Part shown: positions 30,078 through 41,428 of the stretch, in pieces
Layout of the letters: each line of letters begins with the position of its first letter
Position numbering within the stretch: position 1 is the first letter of the stretch
From: Chloroflexota bacterium
Lineage (GTDB): Bacteria > Chloroflexota > UBA11872 > VXOZ01
DNA: 64,000 bases
Direction of reading: 5' to 3'
Assembly (NCBI GenBank): GCA_963662335.2
Contig: CAXXVD010000003.1
Span: forward strand, 256,001 to 320,000
Made by a program: the position numbers and the translations under genes
Notes under the pieces: generated by a model
The model's database searches: none
The model's input: the letters and a program-made list of their open reading frames with translations, nothing else
What the model was told of the DNA's origin: nothing

Positions 30078-30200
30078 ATTCCCTCAGCGCCCCTGACATT
30101 TCCTCAGATTCCCTGATATCCCCCCCCCAGATTTTCCGGGAATTCCTGAGATTCCCCGAAATTTCCGCGGACTTTCTCCGATTTTCTCGCATTTTCCGGC
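30078..30200 (+). repeat. Phased ~10-bp repeats upstream of promoter 2
   Basis: GATTTTCCGG GAATTCCTGA GATTCCCCGA AATTTCCGCG GACTTTCTCC GATTTTCTCG CATTTTCCGG. Confidence 0.7.
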
Positions 30201-30209
30201 TGAAACCCC

Positions 30210-30265
30210 TTGCGCTATCTGTTCGCGTACGATATTATCTTTGCAATAGTTGTTGGACGAAACGA
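30210..30265 (+). promoter_or_regulatory. sigma70 promoter plus degenerate operator, cassette 2
   Basis: TTGCGC, 17 nt, TATTAT (30210-30238). TAGTTG-N7-AAACGA at 30247-30265. Confidence 0.65.
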
Positions 30266-30444
30266 ATGCAGAATGCTGTTAAAGCACATGCAAGAAGACA
30301 GTGATGACTTGCCGCAGAGTACATTGAGAGCGCGCGCGGGTAGTTTGCATACAGCGCGTAGTGGCAACGAGGAAGTGGCGCAGCCGGTGTAGCCAATCGG
30401 CTGCGAAAGACGCAGCAGAGCAGAGGAAGGAACGGAACGAGACA

Positions 30445-30572
30445 GTTGGTTGACCTGAACTTGAGCGTGGCCGCCGCGAGCGGATGGCACGCTCGCAGGT
30501 AGCGCCGCCAGCGCGCGCTCGCCGAAGAGCGCGGCAAGCCACAGTTTTGCGGTTGGAGTGAAAGGGCTTGCC
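30445..30572 (+). ncRNA. Conserved structured leader motif B, cassette 2
   Basis: GTTGGTTGACCTG..GAGCGT/ACGCTC..CAGGTAGCGCCGCCAGC and GGCAAGCC/GGCTTGCC. Confidence 0.55.
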
Positions 30573-30648
30573 GGACGAATTCGGCGACAACGGCGCGCGG
30601 CGGTCGGGGAGAGAGTTCGGCAGCGGTTGGAAAGCTATGGAGCGTGTC

Positions 30649-33600
30649 ATGGGTAGCACAGCGTCTCGCGGTAGATTGAGCGCACGGAACCGGTGGATTG
30701 GATGGTCGGCCCTCGCGCTGGCCGTCATTGTGGTGAGTCTCCTGGCATTCTCGCATACCGCGCGCGCGGACAGCGCGAGCGGCCCGCTGGACCCCGCGTT
30801 TGGCGCGGCGGGCGTCTTAAGCGATACGAATACCCCGAAGTCCGAACCCACGCCGACCCCTACGCCCGAACCCACGCCAACGCCTGAACCGACGGCTACG
30901 CCTGAGCCTACGCCAACACCTACGCCTGAGCCTACGCCAACGCCGACACCTACGCCTGAGCCTACGCCGACGCCTACGCCTGAGCCTACGCCGACGCCTA
31001 CGCCTGAACCGACACCTACGCCTACGCCTGAACCGACACCTACGCCTACGCCTGAACCGACACCTACGCCTACGCCTGAGCCTACGCCGACGCCTACGCC
31101 TGAACCCACGCCAACACCGACGCCTACGCCAACACCGACACCTGAGCCAACGCCGACGCCTAAACCCACGGCCACCCCGACGCCGGAACCGACGCCTGAG
31201 CCGTTAGTCGACGGCAAGGTGGATCTCTACGCGGAGCGGGACGCCGGCGGCGCGTCCGCCTCGATATCGTGGAGCCGCTATACGGAAGCCGGTTTCGACT
31301 ACTATCGCCTGGTGGTCTGCGACGAGACGCAGTACGACGGCTATTCGTGCAGCGGCACGGTCTACCAGAGCGAGGCGCACTACGACGTGAACGAAACCGG
31401 TCCGGAGACCGTGACCGGCCTGGACCCCTACACCAAGTACGGGATCATCTTGCAGGTGTGGCGCAAGGCCGTAAGCGGGGCGCTGAAGTTCCGCGCCGTG
31501 TTGCCGGCCCTGCCGGAGCCCACGCCGACGCCGACGCCTGAGCCGACGGCCACGCCAACGCCTGAGCCAACGGCCACGCCGACGCCAACGCCTGAGCCGA
31601 CGGCCACGCCGACGCCAACGCCTGAGCCGACGGCCACGCCGACGCCAACGCCTGAGCCGACGGCCACGCCGACGCCAACGCCTGAGCCGACGGCCACGCC
31701 GACGCCGACGCCTGAGCCGACGGCCACGCCGACGCCGACGCCTGAGCCGACGGCCACGCCGACACCGACGCCAACGCCGACCCCAACGCCGACGCCGCAG
31801 GCGCTGGCGGGGCCGCCGGCCGGCGTCAGCGCGTCGCGGGGCGACGGCACGTTGACGGTATCGTGGAACGCGGTGGCAGGCGCGAGCGGCTACAACGTCA
31901 ACTGGACCAGCGACCACAAGGCAAGCTGGACTCGGGGCGCCAGCAGCGTGAGCGGGACGAGCGTCACGCTGACCGGCATCGACGATAGCAAAGAATACTA
32001 CGTGGCGGTGCAGGCGGAGAACGCCAACGGCGTGAGCGGTTGGACGGAATCAAGCCTGATCGGCGCCGTTGAAGCGAAGCCGACCCCAACGCCGACCCCG
32101 ACCCCGACGCCTACGCCGCAGCCCGGCCTTTCCTTTAATGACGCGGCGATTGCCAACCAGTCCTACACCGCGGGCACGGCCATCGACACGCTGACGCTGC
32201 CGGCGGCCGCCGGCGGCAGCGGCGACCTTACCTATTCCCTGTCGCCGTCCCTGCCCAGCGGCCTCACGTTCGACGCCGCGGCGCGGACGATTAGCGGCAC
32301 GCCCGGCGCGGCCGCGGCCAGCGCCCGCTACACCTACAGCGCCACGGACGGCACGGACACCGTTGCGCTCTCGTTCAGCATCGAAGTAACGGCGGCGCAG
32401 CGGCAGGTCTCCGCCCAGGATGGGGCGTCCGCTCAGGATATCGAGGTGGGCGACGTCAGCAACATGGACTTCACCAAGGGCACGGCCATCGCGCCCATCA
32501 CCCTGCCCGCCACCACCAAGAACGACACGGGCCGGGGCGTATCCTACTCCATCAGCCCGGGCCTTCCCGCCGGCCTGAGTTTTGACAGCAGCACGCGCAT
32601 CCTCAGCGGCACGCCCACCGAGTACTTCGGGGGCCAGGTGTTCACCTACAAGGCCGACGCCGGCCAGAATGAATTCGCTGAGGACAGATTCGTCATCAGG
32701 ATCGCGAATACCGACGGCAACCATCCGCCGGAGCGCACCATCAGCAGCAACTACCAGCAGTTAGCCGCTAGCCAGTCGTCAACTCACCTTGTGTTGATCT
32801 GCACGAACGCCACTTCCAACCACAACAAGTGGGCATTGGGCAATTCGGTGGGCAACAATTACTTTAGCGACCCGGACAGCGGCGACAGCGTGACCCTCAC
32901 GCAATCATCCGCCAATTCGGACGCGGTGTCCGTGGACCAATACACCGACTCCGGCAAGCTGTTGGTGCGCGCGCACATCAGGCATCCCATGAAGAGCGCG
33001 GTCACCGTTACCATCACGGGCACCGACCCGTCCGGTCTCACGGAGACGATGACGTGGGCGGTACAGGCGTCAGGCTGCGCGTATACCCAGAGCGTTGCTG
33101 AAAATTCGCCGGCCGGCACGGTGGTGGGCACGGCCACCATGGGCCACAGCGGCGGCAGCAAGTTCGCGCTGACCGGCACGGTCGCAACCTACTTCGACAT
33201 CAACTCCAGCACGGGCCAGGTTACGGTGAAGTCCGGGACGACCCTGGACTACGAGACCACCACGTCCTACACCGGCAAGGTGACCTCCGAGGTTGGCGGC
33301 GCCGACGCCGAGGCGGACATCACCATCAACGTGAACAACGAAGACGGGCCGGTGATGAGCGTGCCCACGCTGGCGCAGAACGCCACCAACCCGACCACGT
33401 CCCTGGACGTCTCGTGGACGGCCCCGACCACCAACGCGGCGGTTACCGACTACGACGTGCAGTACCGGGCGAGCGGCACGAGTTCCTGGACCGACGCCAA
33501 CTTCACCGGCACGGGCACGAGCACGACGCTGAGCGGCCTTACCGCCGGCACGGAGTACGAGGTGCAGGTGCGCGGAACCAACTCGGAAGGCACCGGCGCG

Positions 33601-36600
33601 TGGTCACTCTCGGCTTTCACGCGCTACGTGGCGGAGAATTCAGCCGCCAACGCGAACGTGGGCGGGGAGTTCGACGTGAACGCCACGGACTTCTGGCCGC
33701 TGAGCTTCAGCACCGGCGGGACCGACGGCTCCAAGTTCAAGGGCGTTGGCAGCGATACCGGCTACAAGACGGCCCAGAAAGGGCGGATTCAGGTAAACAC
33801 GGGGACCACTCTGGACTACGAGAGCACGTCCACGTACGACATTACCTTCCGCGTCCAGGAGAAAGACGCTGGCAATAAGGTTCTCCTGGATATCTCCTAC
33901 AACGTCCTCGTCATCGTGACGGACGTGAATGAGCCGCCGGGCAAGCCGGCCGCGCCGACGGTGAGCGCGAACAGCACCACGCCGACGACCAAGCTGGACG
34001 TGAGTTGGACCGCGCCGACGATGACGGGCAAGCCGGCGATCAGCGACTACGACGTGCAGTACCGCAAGAGCGGGGACACGACCTGGACGGACGCGTCCTT
34101 TACCGGAACCACCACGAGCACGACGCTGAGCAGCCTGGATTCCGGCAAGACGTACGAGGTGCAGGTGCGGGCCACGAACGCCGAGGGCACGGGCAGTTGG
34201 TCGGACAGCGGCACGGCCATCACCCAGGCCGGCGGCGTGACGCGCAGCATTGCCGAGAACTCGGCGGCGGGGACGAACGTGGGCACGGCGGTGACGGCCA
34301 CGGCCAACAGCAGTTACACGTACACCTACAGCCTGGGCGGCACGGACGCGAGCAAGTTCAGCATCGGCAGCAGCACCGGGCAGATCACGGTAGGCACGGG
34401 GACGAGCCTGGACTACGAGACCACAACCTCGTACAGCGTCACGGTGACCGTCGCGGTGGCCAACAAGGCGCAGGGCAACGCGCAAACGCAGTCCGTGGAC
34501 CCGAACGCGCCGGGCAACTACACCATTCCGGTGACGATCAACGTAACGGACCAGAACGAAACGCCGGCGTTTAGCGCCACGCCGACGCGGAGCATCGCGG
34601 AGAATTCCGCCGCCGGCACGAACGTGGGCGCGGCAGTGACGGCGACGGACCCGGAGAGCGACACGCTGACCTACAGCCTGACCGGGACCGACGCGGCGAA
34701 GTTCACCATCGGCAGTTCCACCGGCCAGATAACGGTGAAGACGGGGAACATCCCGGATTACGAGAGCAAGACGTCGTACAGCGTGACCGTGAACGTGAGC
34801 GACGGCAAGAAGGCCGACGGCACGGCGGACACGACGGTGGACGCCACGGTGGCGATCACCATCAACGTCACGGACGTAAACGAGCCGCCGGTGAAGCTGA
34901 GCGCGCCGACGGTGAGCGCGAACAGCACGACGCCGACGACCAAGTTGGACGTGAGTTGGACGGCGCCGACGACGACGGATATGGCCGGCAAGCCGGCGGT
35001 GGACGACTACGACGTGCAGTACCGCCAGGCCGGGACGACGGATTGGACGGACGCATCCTTTACCGGCACTACCACGAGCACGACGTTGAGCGGTCTGACG
35101 GCGGGCAAGACGTACGAGGTGCAGGTGCGGGCGGGGAATGACGAGGGCGACGGGCCGTGGTCGAATTCCGGCACGGCGATCACCCAGGCCGGCGGCGTGA
35201 CGCGCAGCATTGCCGAGAATTCCGCGGCCGGCACGAACGTGGGCGCGGCGGTGTCCGCGACCGCGGTGGAAGGCTACACGTATACCTACGCGCTGAGCGG
35301 CACGGACAGCGCCAGCTTCAGCATTGGCAGTTCCACCGGCCAGATTACGGTGGGCACGGGCACGGATTTGGACTACGAGACCAAGACGTCGTACAGCGTG
35401 ATCGTGACGGTGACGGTGGCGGCGAATGCGCAGTCGGAGGGCGCTAACACGCAGTCGCTAGACCCGAACGCGCCGGGCAACTACACGATACCGGTGACGA
35501 TCAACGTAGCGGACGTGAACGAGAAGCCGGCACTGCCGACCCTGCCGAAAGACGCCACGAGCCTGAGCCGGAGCGTGGCGGAAAATTCGGCGGTCGGGAC
35601 GAACGTCGGCGCGGCGGTGACGGCCAGCGACGTGGAGGGCGACACCCTGACCTACGGCCTGAGCGGCACGGACGCGGCGAGCTTCAGCATCGTTTCGACC
35701 AGCGGGCAGATCCAGGTGAAAACCGATAACGTTCCCGACTACGAGGCGAAGAGTTCGTACAGCCTGAACGTGACCGTGAGCGACGGCAAGGACGGCCAGG
35801 GCAACGACGATACGAGCGTGGACGCGACGGTGGCGGTGACGATTACGATTACCGACGTGGACGAGCCGCCGGTGAAGATGACGCCGCCGACGGTGAGCGC
35901 CAACAGCACGACGCCGGCGAGCAAGCTGGACGTCTCGTGGACGGCGTTGACGAATACCCAGATGGCCGGCAAACCGGCGGTGAGCGACTACGACGTGCAG
36001 TACCGGCTGGCCGGGACGACGGATTGGACGGACGCAGCCTTTACCGGAACCACCACCAGCACGACCCTGAGCGGCCTGACGGCCGGCAAGACGTACCAGG
36101 TGCAGGTGCGGGGCGTGAACGCCGAGGGCAACGGCCCCTGGTCGGACGCGGGCACCGGGATTACCGGCGCGACCGGCGTGACGCGCAGCGTGGCCGAGAA
36201 CTCGGCGGCGGAGACGAACGTGGGCGCGGCGGTGACCACGACGGCGAATCCGAACGGCTACTCGCTGAAGCATGAACTGAGCGGCACGGACGCCGGCAAG
36301 TTCACCATCGATGAGCCCAGCGGGCAGATCAAGGTGAAGACGGGCACGAGCCTGGACTACGAGACGAAGAGTTCCTACAGCGTCACGGTGACGGTGAAGG
36401 CGACGGCGGCGCAGGTGCAAGGGGCCGGCAAACAGAGCCTGAGCCCCAACGCGCCCGGCGACTACGTGGTGCCAGTGACGATCAACGTGACCGACGTGAA
36501 CGAGAAGCCGGCGTTTACGGCGACGCCGACGCGGAGCATCGACGAGAATTCCGCCGCCGGCACGAACATCGGCGCGGCGGTGGCGGCGGCGGACCAGGAC

Positions 36601-39426
36601 GGCGATACGCTGACGTACAGCCTGACGGGGACCGACGCGGACAAGTTTACGATTGTGTCGAGCAGCGGGCAGATACAGGTGAAGGCGGGGAACATCCCCA
36701 ACTACGAGGCCAAGACGAGCTACAGCGTGACCGTGAACGTGACCGACGGCAAGCAGGCGGACGGCACGGCGGACACGAGCATCGACGCGACGCTGGCGGT
36801 GACCATCAACATAAACGACGTGAACGAGCCGCCGCCCAAGCCGGCCGCGCCGACGGTGGCGCAGAATTCTACCACGCCCAAGACCAAGTTGGACGTGAGT
36901 TGGACCGCGCCCGACGTGACCGGCAAGCCGGCGATTACGGACTACGACGTGCAGTACAAGAAGGCCAGCGAGAGCACGTGGACGAGCCACAGCTTTACGG
37001 GCACGGGCACGAGCACGACGCTCACGGGCTTGAGCGAGGGCACGACGTACCACGTGCAGGTGAAGGCGATCAACGACGAGGGCGGCAGCGCCTGGTCGGA
37101 CAGCGGCAGCGCGCATACGCAGGCCAAGAACGTGAACCCGTCGTTCACGGACGACACGGCCACGCGCAGCATTGCCGAGAACTCGGTGGTGGGCACGAAC
37201 GTGGGCGCGGCGGTAACGGCCAGCGACGTGGAAGGCGATACCCTGACGTACACGCTGACCGGCACGGACGCGGCCAAGTTCGACATTGGCGCGAACAGCG
37301 GGCAGATCAAAGTGAAGGCCGGGCACGTTCCCGACTACGAGGCCAAGACGAGCTACAGCGTGACCGTAAACGTGAGCGACAAGAAGGACTCAGACGGCAA
37401 AGCCGACAGCAAGGTCGACGACACGATTGCGGTGACGATCAACGTGACCGACGTGAACGAGCCGCCGGCCGCGCCGAGCGCGCCGACGGTGAGCAAGCAC
37501 GCGGACACGCCGGCGAGCAAGCTGAACGTCTCGTGGACGGCGCCGGACATGACCGGCAAGCCGGCGTTGAGCGGCTACGACGTGCAGTACCGGCAGGTTG
37601 GGGCTGCCAAGTGGACGGCGCACAGCTTTAGCGGCACGGGCACGAGCACGACGCTGACGGGCCTGGCCGCGGGCAAGGCGTACGAGGTGCAGGTGCGCGG
37701 CACGAATGACGAAGGGGACGGCGCGTGGTCGGCCTCGGGCGGCGCGGTGACGGACGCGAACGCGGTGAGGCGGAGCGTGGCGGAGAATTCTCCCGCTGGG
37801 ACGAACGTGGGCGCGGCGGTGACGGCGACGTCGAACCCGAACAACCTGACGTTGACGCATGAACTGAGCGGGACGGACGCCGGCAGTTTCACCATCGAGA
37901 GGGGCACGGGGCAGATTAAGGTGAAGTCCGGCACGAAGCTGGACTACGAGAGGAAGACGATGTACAACGTGATCGTGACGGTGAAGGCGGAGGAGGGCGC
38001 ATCGAAGACCAGCCTGAGCCCGAACGCCCCCGGCGACTACGTGGCGCCGGTGACGATCAACGTGACGGACGTGAACGAGGCGCCGCAGTTCCCGGACATT
38101 CCCAACGGCGGGACGAGCCTGAGCCGCAGCGTGGCGGAGAACTCGGCGGCTGGGACGAACGTCGGCGCGGTGGTGACCGCGGCGGACGTGGAGGGCGATA
38201 CGCTGACGTACAGCCTGAGCGGGACGGACGCGGATAAGTTCGAGATTGGCGCCGGCACCGGGCAGATAACGGTGAAGGCGGGGAACATTCCCGATTACGA
38301 GGCGAAGAAGTCGTACAGCGTCACGGTTGACGTGAGCGACGGCAACGACGGCAGCGGGAACGACGATCCGAGCGTGGACGACAGCATCGACGTGACGATA
38401 ACGGTGACGGACGTAGCGGAGCCGCCGGCCACGCCGGACGCGCCGACGGTGAAGGTGAATGCGTACTCGCCGACGAGCAAGCTGGACGTGAGTTGGGATG
38501 CGCCGGACATGACGGGCAAGCCGGCCATTTCAGATTATGACGTGCGGTACCGCTACGTAGGCGGGACGAACTGGCAGAGCCGCGATCACACCGGCACGGG
38601 CACGGGCACGAGCATCGACAGATTGCTCCACGACACGACGTATGAAGTGCAGGTGAAGGCGAAGAACGACGAGGGCGAGAGCGGCTGGTCGGCGTCGGGC
38701 ACGGCCACGACGGATTCGCAGAGCTCGGAGTACAATGACCCGGCGCCGCCGCTGGCGCTAGATCCAAATCCCTCGCCGGCGCTGGCGCTAGATCCAAATC
38801 CCGCGCCGCCGCTGATACCGATACCGGGGCCGCCGAACGTGATTGGCACGAGCGCCTGCGCGACGACCCATGACCTGGGTAAGACGATCCGGTTGATACG
38901 GAAGGACGGCGGCGCGGATCTGAACATCGAGATTGGGTCGATCTCGGCCGACGGCAGCCGCGTGGTGGTGGCTGGCTTCATCCGCGATGACGACCAGGGG
39001 CAGACCTATAGCATCGTGCGCTACGAGGCCGACGGCCGCGTGGTGCGGCTGTGGGTGGATCCGGATGATCCGTTGATCCAACAGATACCGTGGGACGTGG
39101 TGAATTCGCAGTACACGGTGCCGGTGTGCGTGGTGGTGGCGATCCCGTTGGACGATCAGTTTCCGGCTCAGGGGCAACTGGTGCGGCGGTTCGACGGGGC
39201 CGACGACCGGATCTTCCGGCACGTGGGCAACCTGGAGTGGCGGCAGATACCGGACTTAGGGACGTTCCAGGGCATGGGACTGTACTGGTGCAACGTGACG
39301 GCGGCGGACTCGGAGTTTTTCAAGCGGATCAACATTGGCGCGCCGCTGCCCAGCGGCGGCATGGATCCCCAGGTGGGCTATCCTTCGTGTTGGAAGTGGG
39401 AGCAGAAGGGTCCCCGCTCCCGCTGA
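30649..39426 (+). CDS. Giant secreted surface protein 2 (FN3, cadherin, Ig-like), paralog of protein 1
   Basis: N- and C-terminal parts nearly identical to gene 1 and the same repeat motifs. GGAG-N6-ATG at 30649 (the ORF track starts at 30568). Confidence 0.9.
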   Translation: MGSTASRGRLSARNRWIGWSALALAVIVVSLLAFSHTARADSASGPLDPAFGAAGVLSDTNTPKSEPTPTPTPEPTPTPEPTATPEPTPTPTPEPTPTPTPTPEPTPTPTPEPTPTPTPEPTPTPTPEPTPTPTPEPTPTPTPEPTPTPTPEPTPTPTPTPTPTPEPTPTPKPTATPTPEPTPEPLVDGKVDLYAERDAGGASASISWSRYTEAGFDYYRLVVCDETQYDGYSCSGTVYQSEAHYDVNETGPETVTGLDPYTKYGIILQVWRKAVSGALKFRAVLPALPEPTPTPTPEPTATPTPEPTATPTPTPEPTATPTPTPEPTATPTPTPEPTATPTPTPEPTATPTPTPEPTATPTPTPEPTATPTPTPTPTPTPTPQALAGPPAGVSASRGDGTLTVSWNAVAGASGYNVNWTSDHKASWTRGASSVSGTSVTLTGIDDSKEYYVAVQAENANGVSGWTESSLIGAVEAKPTPTPTPTPTPTPQPGLSFNDAAIANQSYTAGTAIDTLTLPAAAGGSGDLTYSLSPSLPSGLTFDAAARTISGTPGAAAASARYTYSATDGTDTVALSFSIEVTAAQRQVSAQDGASAQDIEVGDVSNMDFTKGTAIAPITLPATTKNDTGRGVSYSISPGLPAGLSFDSSTRILSGTPTEYFGGQVFTYKADAGQNEFAEDRFVIRIANTDGNHPPERTISSNYQQLAASQSSTHLVLICTNATSNHNKWALGNSVGNNYFSDPDSGDSVTLTQSSANSDAVSVDQYTDSGKLLVRAHIRHPMKSAVTVTITGTDPSGLTETMTWAVQASGCAYTQSVAENSPAGTVVGTATMGHSGGSKFALTGTVATYFDINSSTGQVTVKSGTTLDYETTTSYTGKVTSEVGGADAEADITINVNNEDGPVMSVPTLAQNATNPTTSLDVSWTAPTTNAAVTDYDVQYRASGTSSWTDANFTGTGTSTTLSGLTAGTEYEVQVRGTNSEGTGAWSLSAFTRYVAENSAANANVGGEFDVNATDFWPLSFSTGGTDGSKFKGVGSDTGYKTAQKGRIQVNTGTTLDYESTSTYDITFRVQEKDAGNKVLLDISYNVLVIVTDVNEPPGKPAAPTVSANSTTPTTKLDVSWTAPTMTGKPAISDYDVQYRKSGDTTWTDASFTGTTTSTTLSSLDSGKTYEVQVRATNAEGTGSWSDSGTAITQAGGVTRSIAENSAAGTNVGTAVTATANSSYTYTYSLGGTDASKFSIGSSTGQITVGTGTSLDYETTTSYSVTVTVAVANKAQGNAQTQSVDPNAPGNYTIPVTINVTDQNETPAFSATPTRSIAENSAAGTNVGAAVTATDPESDTLTYSLTGTDAAKFTIGSSTGQITVKTGNIPDYESKTSYSVTVNVSDGKKADGTADTTVDATVAITINVTDVNEPPVKLSAPTVSANSTTPTTKLDVSWTAPTTTDMAGKPAVDDYDVQYRQAGTTDWTDASFTGTTTSTTLSGLTAGKTYEVQVRAGNDEGDGPWSNSGTAITQAGGVTRSIAENSAAGTNVGAAVSATAVEGYTYTYALSGTDSASFSIGSSTGQITVGTGTDLDYETKTSYSVIVTVTVAANAQSEGANTQSLDPNAPGNYTIPVTINVADVNEKPALPTLPKDATSLSRSVAENSAVGTNVGAAVTASDVEGDTLTYGLSGTDAASFSIVSTSGQIQVKTDNVPDYEAKSSYSLNVTVSDGKDGQGNDDTSVDATVAVTITITDVDEPPVKMTPPTVSANSTTPASKLDVSWTALTNTQMAGKPAVSDYDVQYRLAGTTDWTDAAFTGTTTSTTLSGLTAGKTYQVQVRGVNAEGNGPWSDAGTGITGATGVTRSVAENSAAETNVGAAVTTTANPNGYSLKHELSGTDAGKFTIDEPSGQIKVKTGTSLDYETKSSYSVTVTVKATAAQVQGAGKQSLSPNAPGDYVVPVTINVTDVNEKPAFTATPTRSIDENSAAGTNIGAAVAAADQDGDTLTYSLTGTDADKFTIVSSSGQIQVKAGNIPNYEAKTSYSVTVNVTDGKQADGTADTSIDATLAVTININDVNEPPPKPAAPTVAQNSTTPKTKLDVSWTAPDVTGKPAITDYDVQYKKASESTWTSHSFTGTGTSTTLTGLSEGTTYHVQVKAINDEGGSAWSDSGSAHTQAKNVNPSFTDDTATRSIAENSVVGTNVGAAVTASDVEGDTLTYTLTGTDAAKFDIGANSGQIKVKAGHVPDYEAKTSYSVTVNVSDKKDSDGKADSKVDDTIAVTINVTDVNEPPAAPSAPTVSKHADTPASKLNVSWTAPDMTGKPALSGYDVQYRQVGAAKWTAHSFSGTGTSTTLTGLAAGKAYEVQVRGTNDEGDGAWSASGGAVTDANAVRRSVAENSPAGTNVGAAVTATSNPNNLTLTHELSGTDAGSFTIERGTGQIKVKSGTKLDYERKTMYNVIVTVKAEEGASKTSLSPNAPGDYVAPVTINVTDVNEAPQFPDIPNGGTSLSRSVAENSAAGTNVGAVVTAADVEGDTLTYSLSGTDADKFEIGAGTGQITVKAGNIPDYEAKKSYSVTVDVSDGNDGSGNDDPSVDDSIDVTITVTDVAEPPATPDAPTVKVNAYSPTSKLDVSWDAPDMTGKPAISDYDVRYRYVGGTNWQSRDHTGTGTGTSIDRLLHDTTYEVQVKAKNDEGESGWSASGTATTDSQSSEYNDPAPPLALDPNPSPALALDPNPAPPLIPIPGPPNVIGTSACATTHDLGKTIRLIRKDGGADLNIEIGSISADGSRVVVAGFIRDDDQGQTYSIVRYEADGRVVRLWVDPDDPLIQQIPWDVVNSQYTVPVCVVVAIPLDDQFPAQGQLVRRFDGADDRIFRHVGNLEWRQIPDLGTFQGMGLYWCNVTAADSEFFKRINIGAPLPSGGMDPQVGYPSCWKWEQKGPRSR
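31561..31770 (+). repeat. 30-bp tandem coding repeat ([10 protein letters not shown]) x about 7
   Basis: CCTGAGCCGACGGCCACGCCGACGCC(A/G)ACG repeated head to tail. The same linker is much shorter in gene 1. Confidence 0.85.
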
Positions 39427-39491
39427 CCCCAAGGCCCCGCAAACGCGCGACAGAGAACCGGGCGAGTGCTCAGAGCAGGCGTCTGGGAGAG

Positions 39492-39532
39492 ACCGCCCCG
39501 CAGGCAGGAACTGCCGCGGGGCGGTTTACTTT
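39492..39532 (+). terminator. Intrinsic terminator of giant gene 2
   Basis: Identical to 29757-29797. Confidence 0.75.
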
Positions 39533-39865
39533 AGTTGGGTTATCTTGGTGGTGCGTGAGTGTCACTCCGAGCGCAGCGTGTCATTGCGGGTGCAGCGTGT
39601 CATTGCGAGCGCAGGGTCGAACAGAGATTGCGGAATCTGGTGTTCTCACCGCATGCGGTCTCGCAACCTGACATCCGAGATTCCTCACACCGATTGGAAT
39701 GACGGCAAGGAGAGCAATCAACGTAGCGCGGGGGAGGAGAGGGATAACGTAGCGCGGGGGCTTGTCCCCCGCCCGAGGAGGGGGCTACGAGCGGTACTTC
39801 GTTTCCCCCGCGGTTCACCCTGCGACGGCGCTCAGGGCGAACGGGGAGCGCGGCGGATGTCCGCA

Positions 39866-39945
39866 GATTCCCCGACATTTCCTCAGAGTTCTTGCACCTC
39901 CTGAGATTTTCCAAAGTTTTCTCGATTTCCTCGCATGTTCTCGCT
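39866..39945 (+). repeat. Phased ~10-bp repeats upstream of promoter 3
   Basis: GATTCCCCGA CATTTCCTCA GAGTTCTTG ... GATTTTCCAA AGTTTTCTC GATTTCCTCG CATGTTCTCG. Confidence 0.6.
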
Positions 39946-39953
39946 GAAAGCCC

Positions 39954-40013
39954 TTGCATTACCTAATACTATATGATAGTTTGTTAGCGAGACATAGTTT
40001 ACTGAAGAAACTA
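39954..40013 (+). promoter_or_regulatory. sigma70 promoter plus palindromic operator, cassette 3
   Basis: TTGCAT, 17 nt, TAGTTT with TGn extension (39954-39982). TAGTTT-N7-AAACTA at 39995-40013. Confidence 0.7.
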
Positions 40014-40070
40014 ATTCATGATAGTAGTAAATCACATCTTGTATTCAACGCGCTTGGCGAGGGATTCGCG

Positions 40071-40146
40071 GGACACCGTCCCGCCTCTCGTCCTGCCGTC
40101 CTCCATCCCCGCACAGGCTGCTCCGTCCTTTGGCCGGGGCGGAGCA
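40071..40146 (+). ncRNA. Leader element A, cassette 3
   Basis: Homologue of 21257-21330 with pairing retained (TGCTCCGTCC/GGGCGGAGCA). Confidence 0.45.
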
Positions 40147-40242
40147 CGCCGGTGCTTGCGCGGCCCGCGGCAGTGGAACGCGGAGACTGGCGCCGGGAGG
40201 ATTGGCCGGTTGCACAGGAATGAGGAGGAAAGAGAACGCGCG

Positions 40243-40373
40243 GTTGGTTGACTGAACCTGAGCGAGGCCGTCGCGGAACGACGGCACGCTTATAGGTAGC
40301 GCCGCCAGCGCGCGCCCGCTGAAGAACGTGGCAAGCCGGAGACCGAGTTGGGTGTTTAGCGATAGCGCTTGCC
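40243..40373 (+). ncRNA. Conserved structured leader motif B, cassette 3
   Basis: ACCT/AGGT, AGCG/CGCT and GCCGTCG/CGACGGC stems. GGCAAGC/GCTTGCC encloses an unrelated loop sequence. Confidence 0.55.
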
Positions 40374-40449
40374 AATGGGTTTCAGCGTGGAGCGTGCGCA
40401 GCGGTTGGGACGTGGGCTCGGTTTTTCTAGCAATGCTATGGAGCGTGTC

Positions 40450-41418
40450 ATGAGCGGGACGGTTTCTCCTGGTTGGTGTGGTGCGCGCAAGCGCTGGCTC
40501 AGGCGGTGGACGGCCTTCGTGCAGGCCCTCCTGATCGTTAGTTTGTTGAATGTCCCTTTGCCGGTTGGCGCGGACAACTCTCCATCCTCATCTCCACCCG
40601 CGGGGCCGCCGTCCAGCGTGAAAGCCGCGCGCGGCAGCGGCACGCTCACCGTGACCTGGGACGCGGTAGCGGGGGCTACCGCGTATAACGTCAATTGGAC
40701 CAACGATCACAAGGCTAGCTGGCAGCGCGGGGCCAGCGACGTGAGCGCCACGAGCGTGACGCTCCAGAATATAGATGATAGCAAAGAATACTACGTGGCC
40801 GTGCAGGCGCTGAACGCCAACGGCGCCAGTGGCTGGCAGGATTCCGATCTCATTCCGGCCGTCGAGCCAACGCCAACGCCGGAACCCACGCCTGAGCCGA
40901 CACCGGAACCTACGCCAGAGCCTACTCCAACACCAAAACCGGAACCCTCGCCGACACCGACACCGGCGCTCGTAGACGGCTCGGTGACGCTTTCCGCGAG
41001 CCGCGACGCCGGCGGCGACTCCGCCACGGTATCCTGGAGCGCCTACGACCAGGCCGGCTTCGAATACTATCGCCTGGTGGCGTGCAGCGACGCGCAGTAC
41101 GACGGCCATTCGTGCAGCGGCACGGTCTTCCAGAGCGACGCCATCTACGACGTCAACGCCACCGGCCCGTTGGCCGTCACCGGCTTGGACGCCCACACCG
41201 GCTACGGCCTGATCTTGCAGGTCTGGCGCACGGGAGTGGCGGGAGCGCTGAAGTTCCACGCCACGCTGGCGGCGCTGCCGACGCCGACGCCTGAGCCCAC
41301 ACCTGAGCCGACCGCGACACCGGAACCCACGCCGGAGCCGACACCGACACCGGAACCCACGCCGGAGCCGACGGCGACACCGGAACCCACGCCCGGCGAC
41401 ACCGGAACCCACGCCTGA
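40450..41418 (+). CDS. Giant surface protein 3, N-terminal fragment (signal peptide, FN3, second FN3-like domain); frameshifted
   Basis: Same GCTATGGAGCGTGTCATG start context and domains homologous to the N-termini of genes 1 and 2. The frame breaks at 41393/41394 in the PT linker. Confidence 0.8.
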   Translation: MSGTVSPGWCGARKRWLRRWTAFVQALLIVSLLNVPLPVGADNSPSSSPPAGPPSSVKAARGSGTLTVTWDAVAGATAYNVNWTNDHKASWQRGASDVSATSVTLQNIDDSKEYYVAVQALNANGASGWQDSDLIPAVEPTPTPEPTPEPTPEPTPEPTPTPKPEPSPTPTPALVDGSVTLSASRDAGGDSATVSWSAYDQAGFEYYRLVACSDAQYDGHSCSGTVFQSDAIYDVNATGPLAVTGLDAHTGYGLILQVWRTGVAGALKFHATLAALPTPTPEPTPEPTATPEPTPEPTPTPEPTPEPTATPEPTPGDTGTHA

Positions 41419-41428
41419 ACCGACGCCG

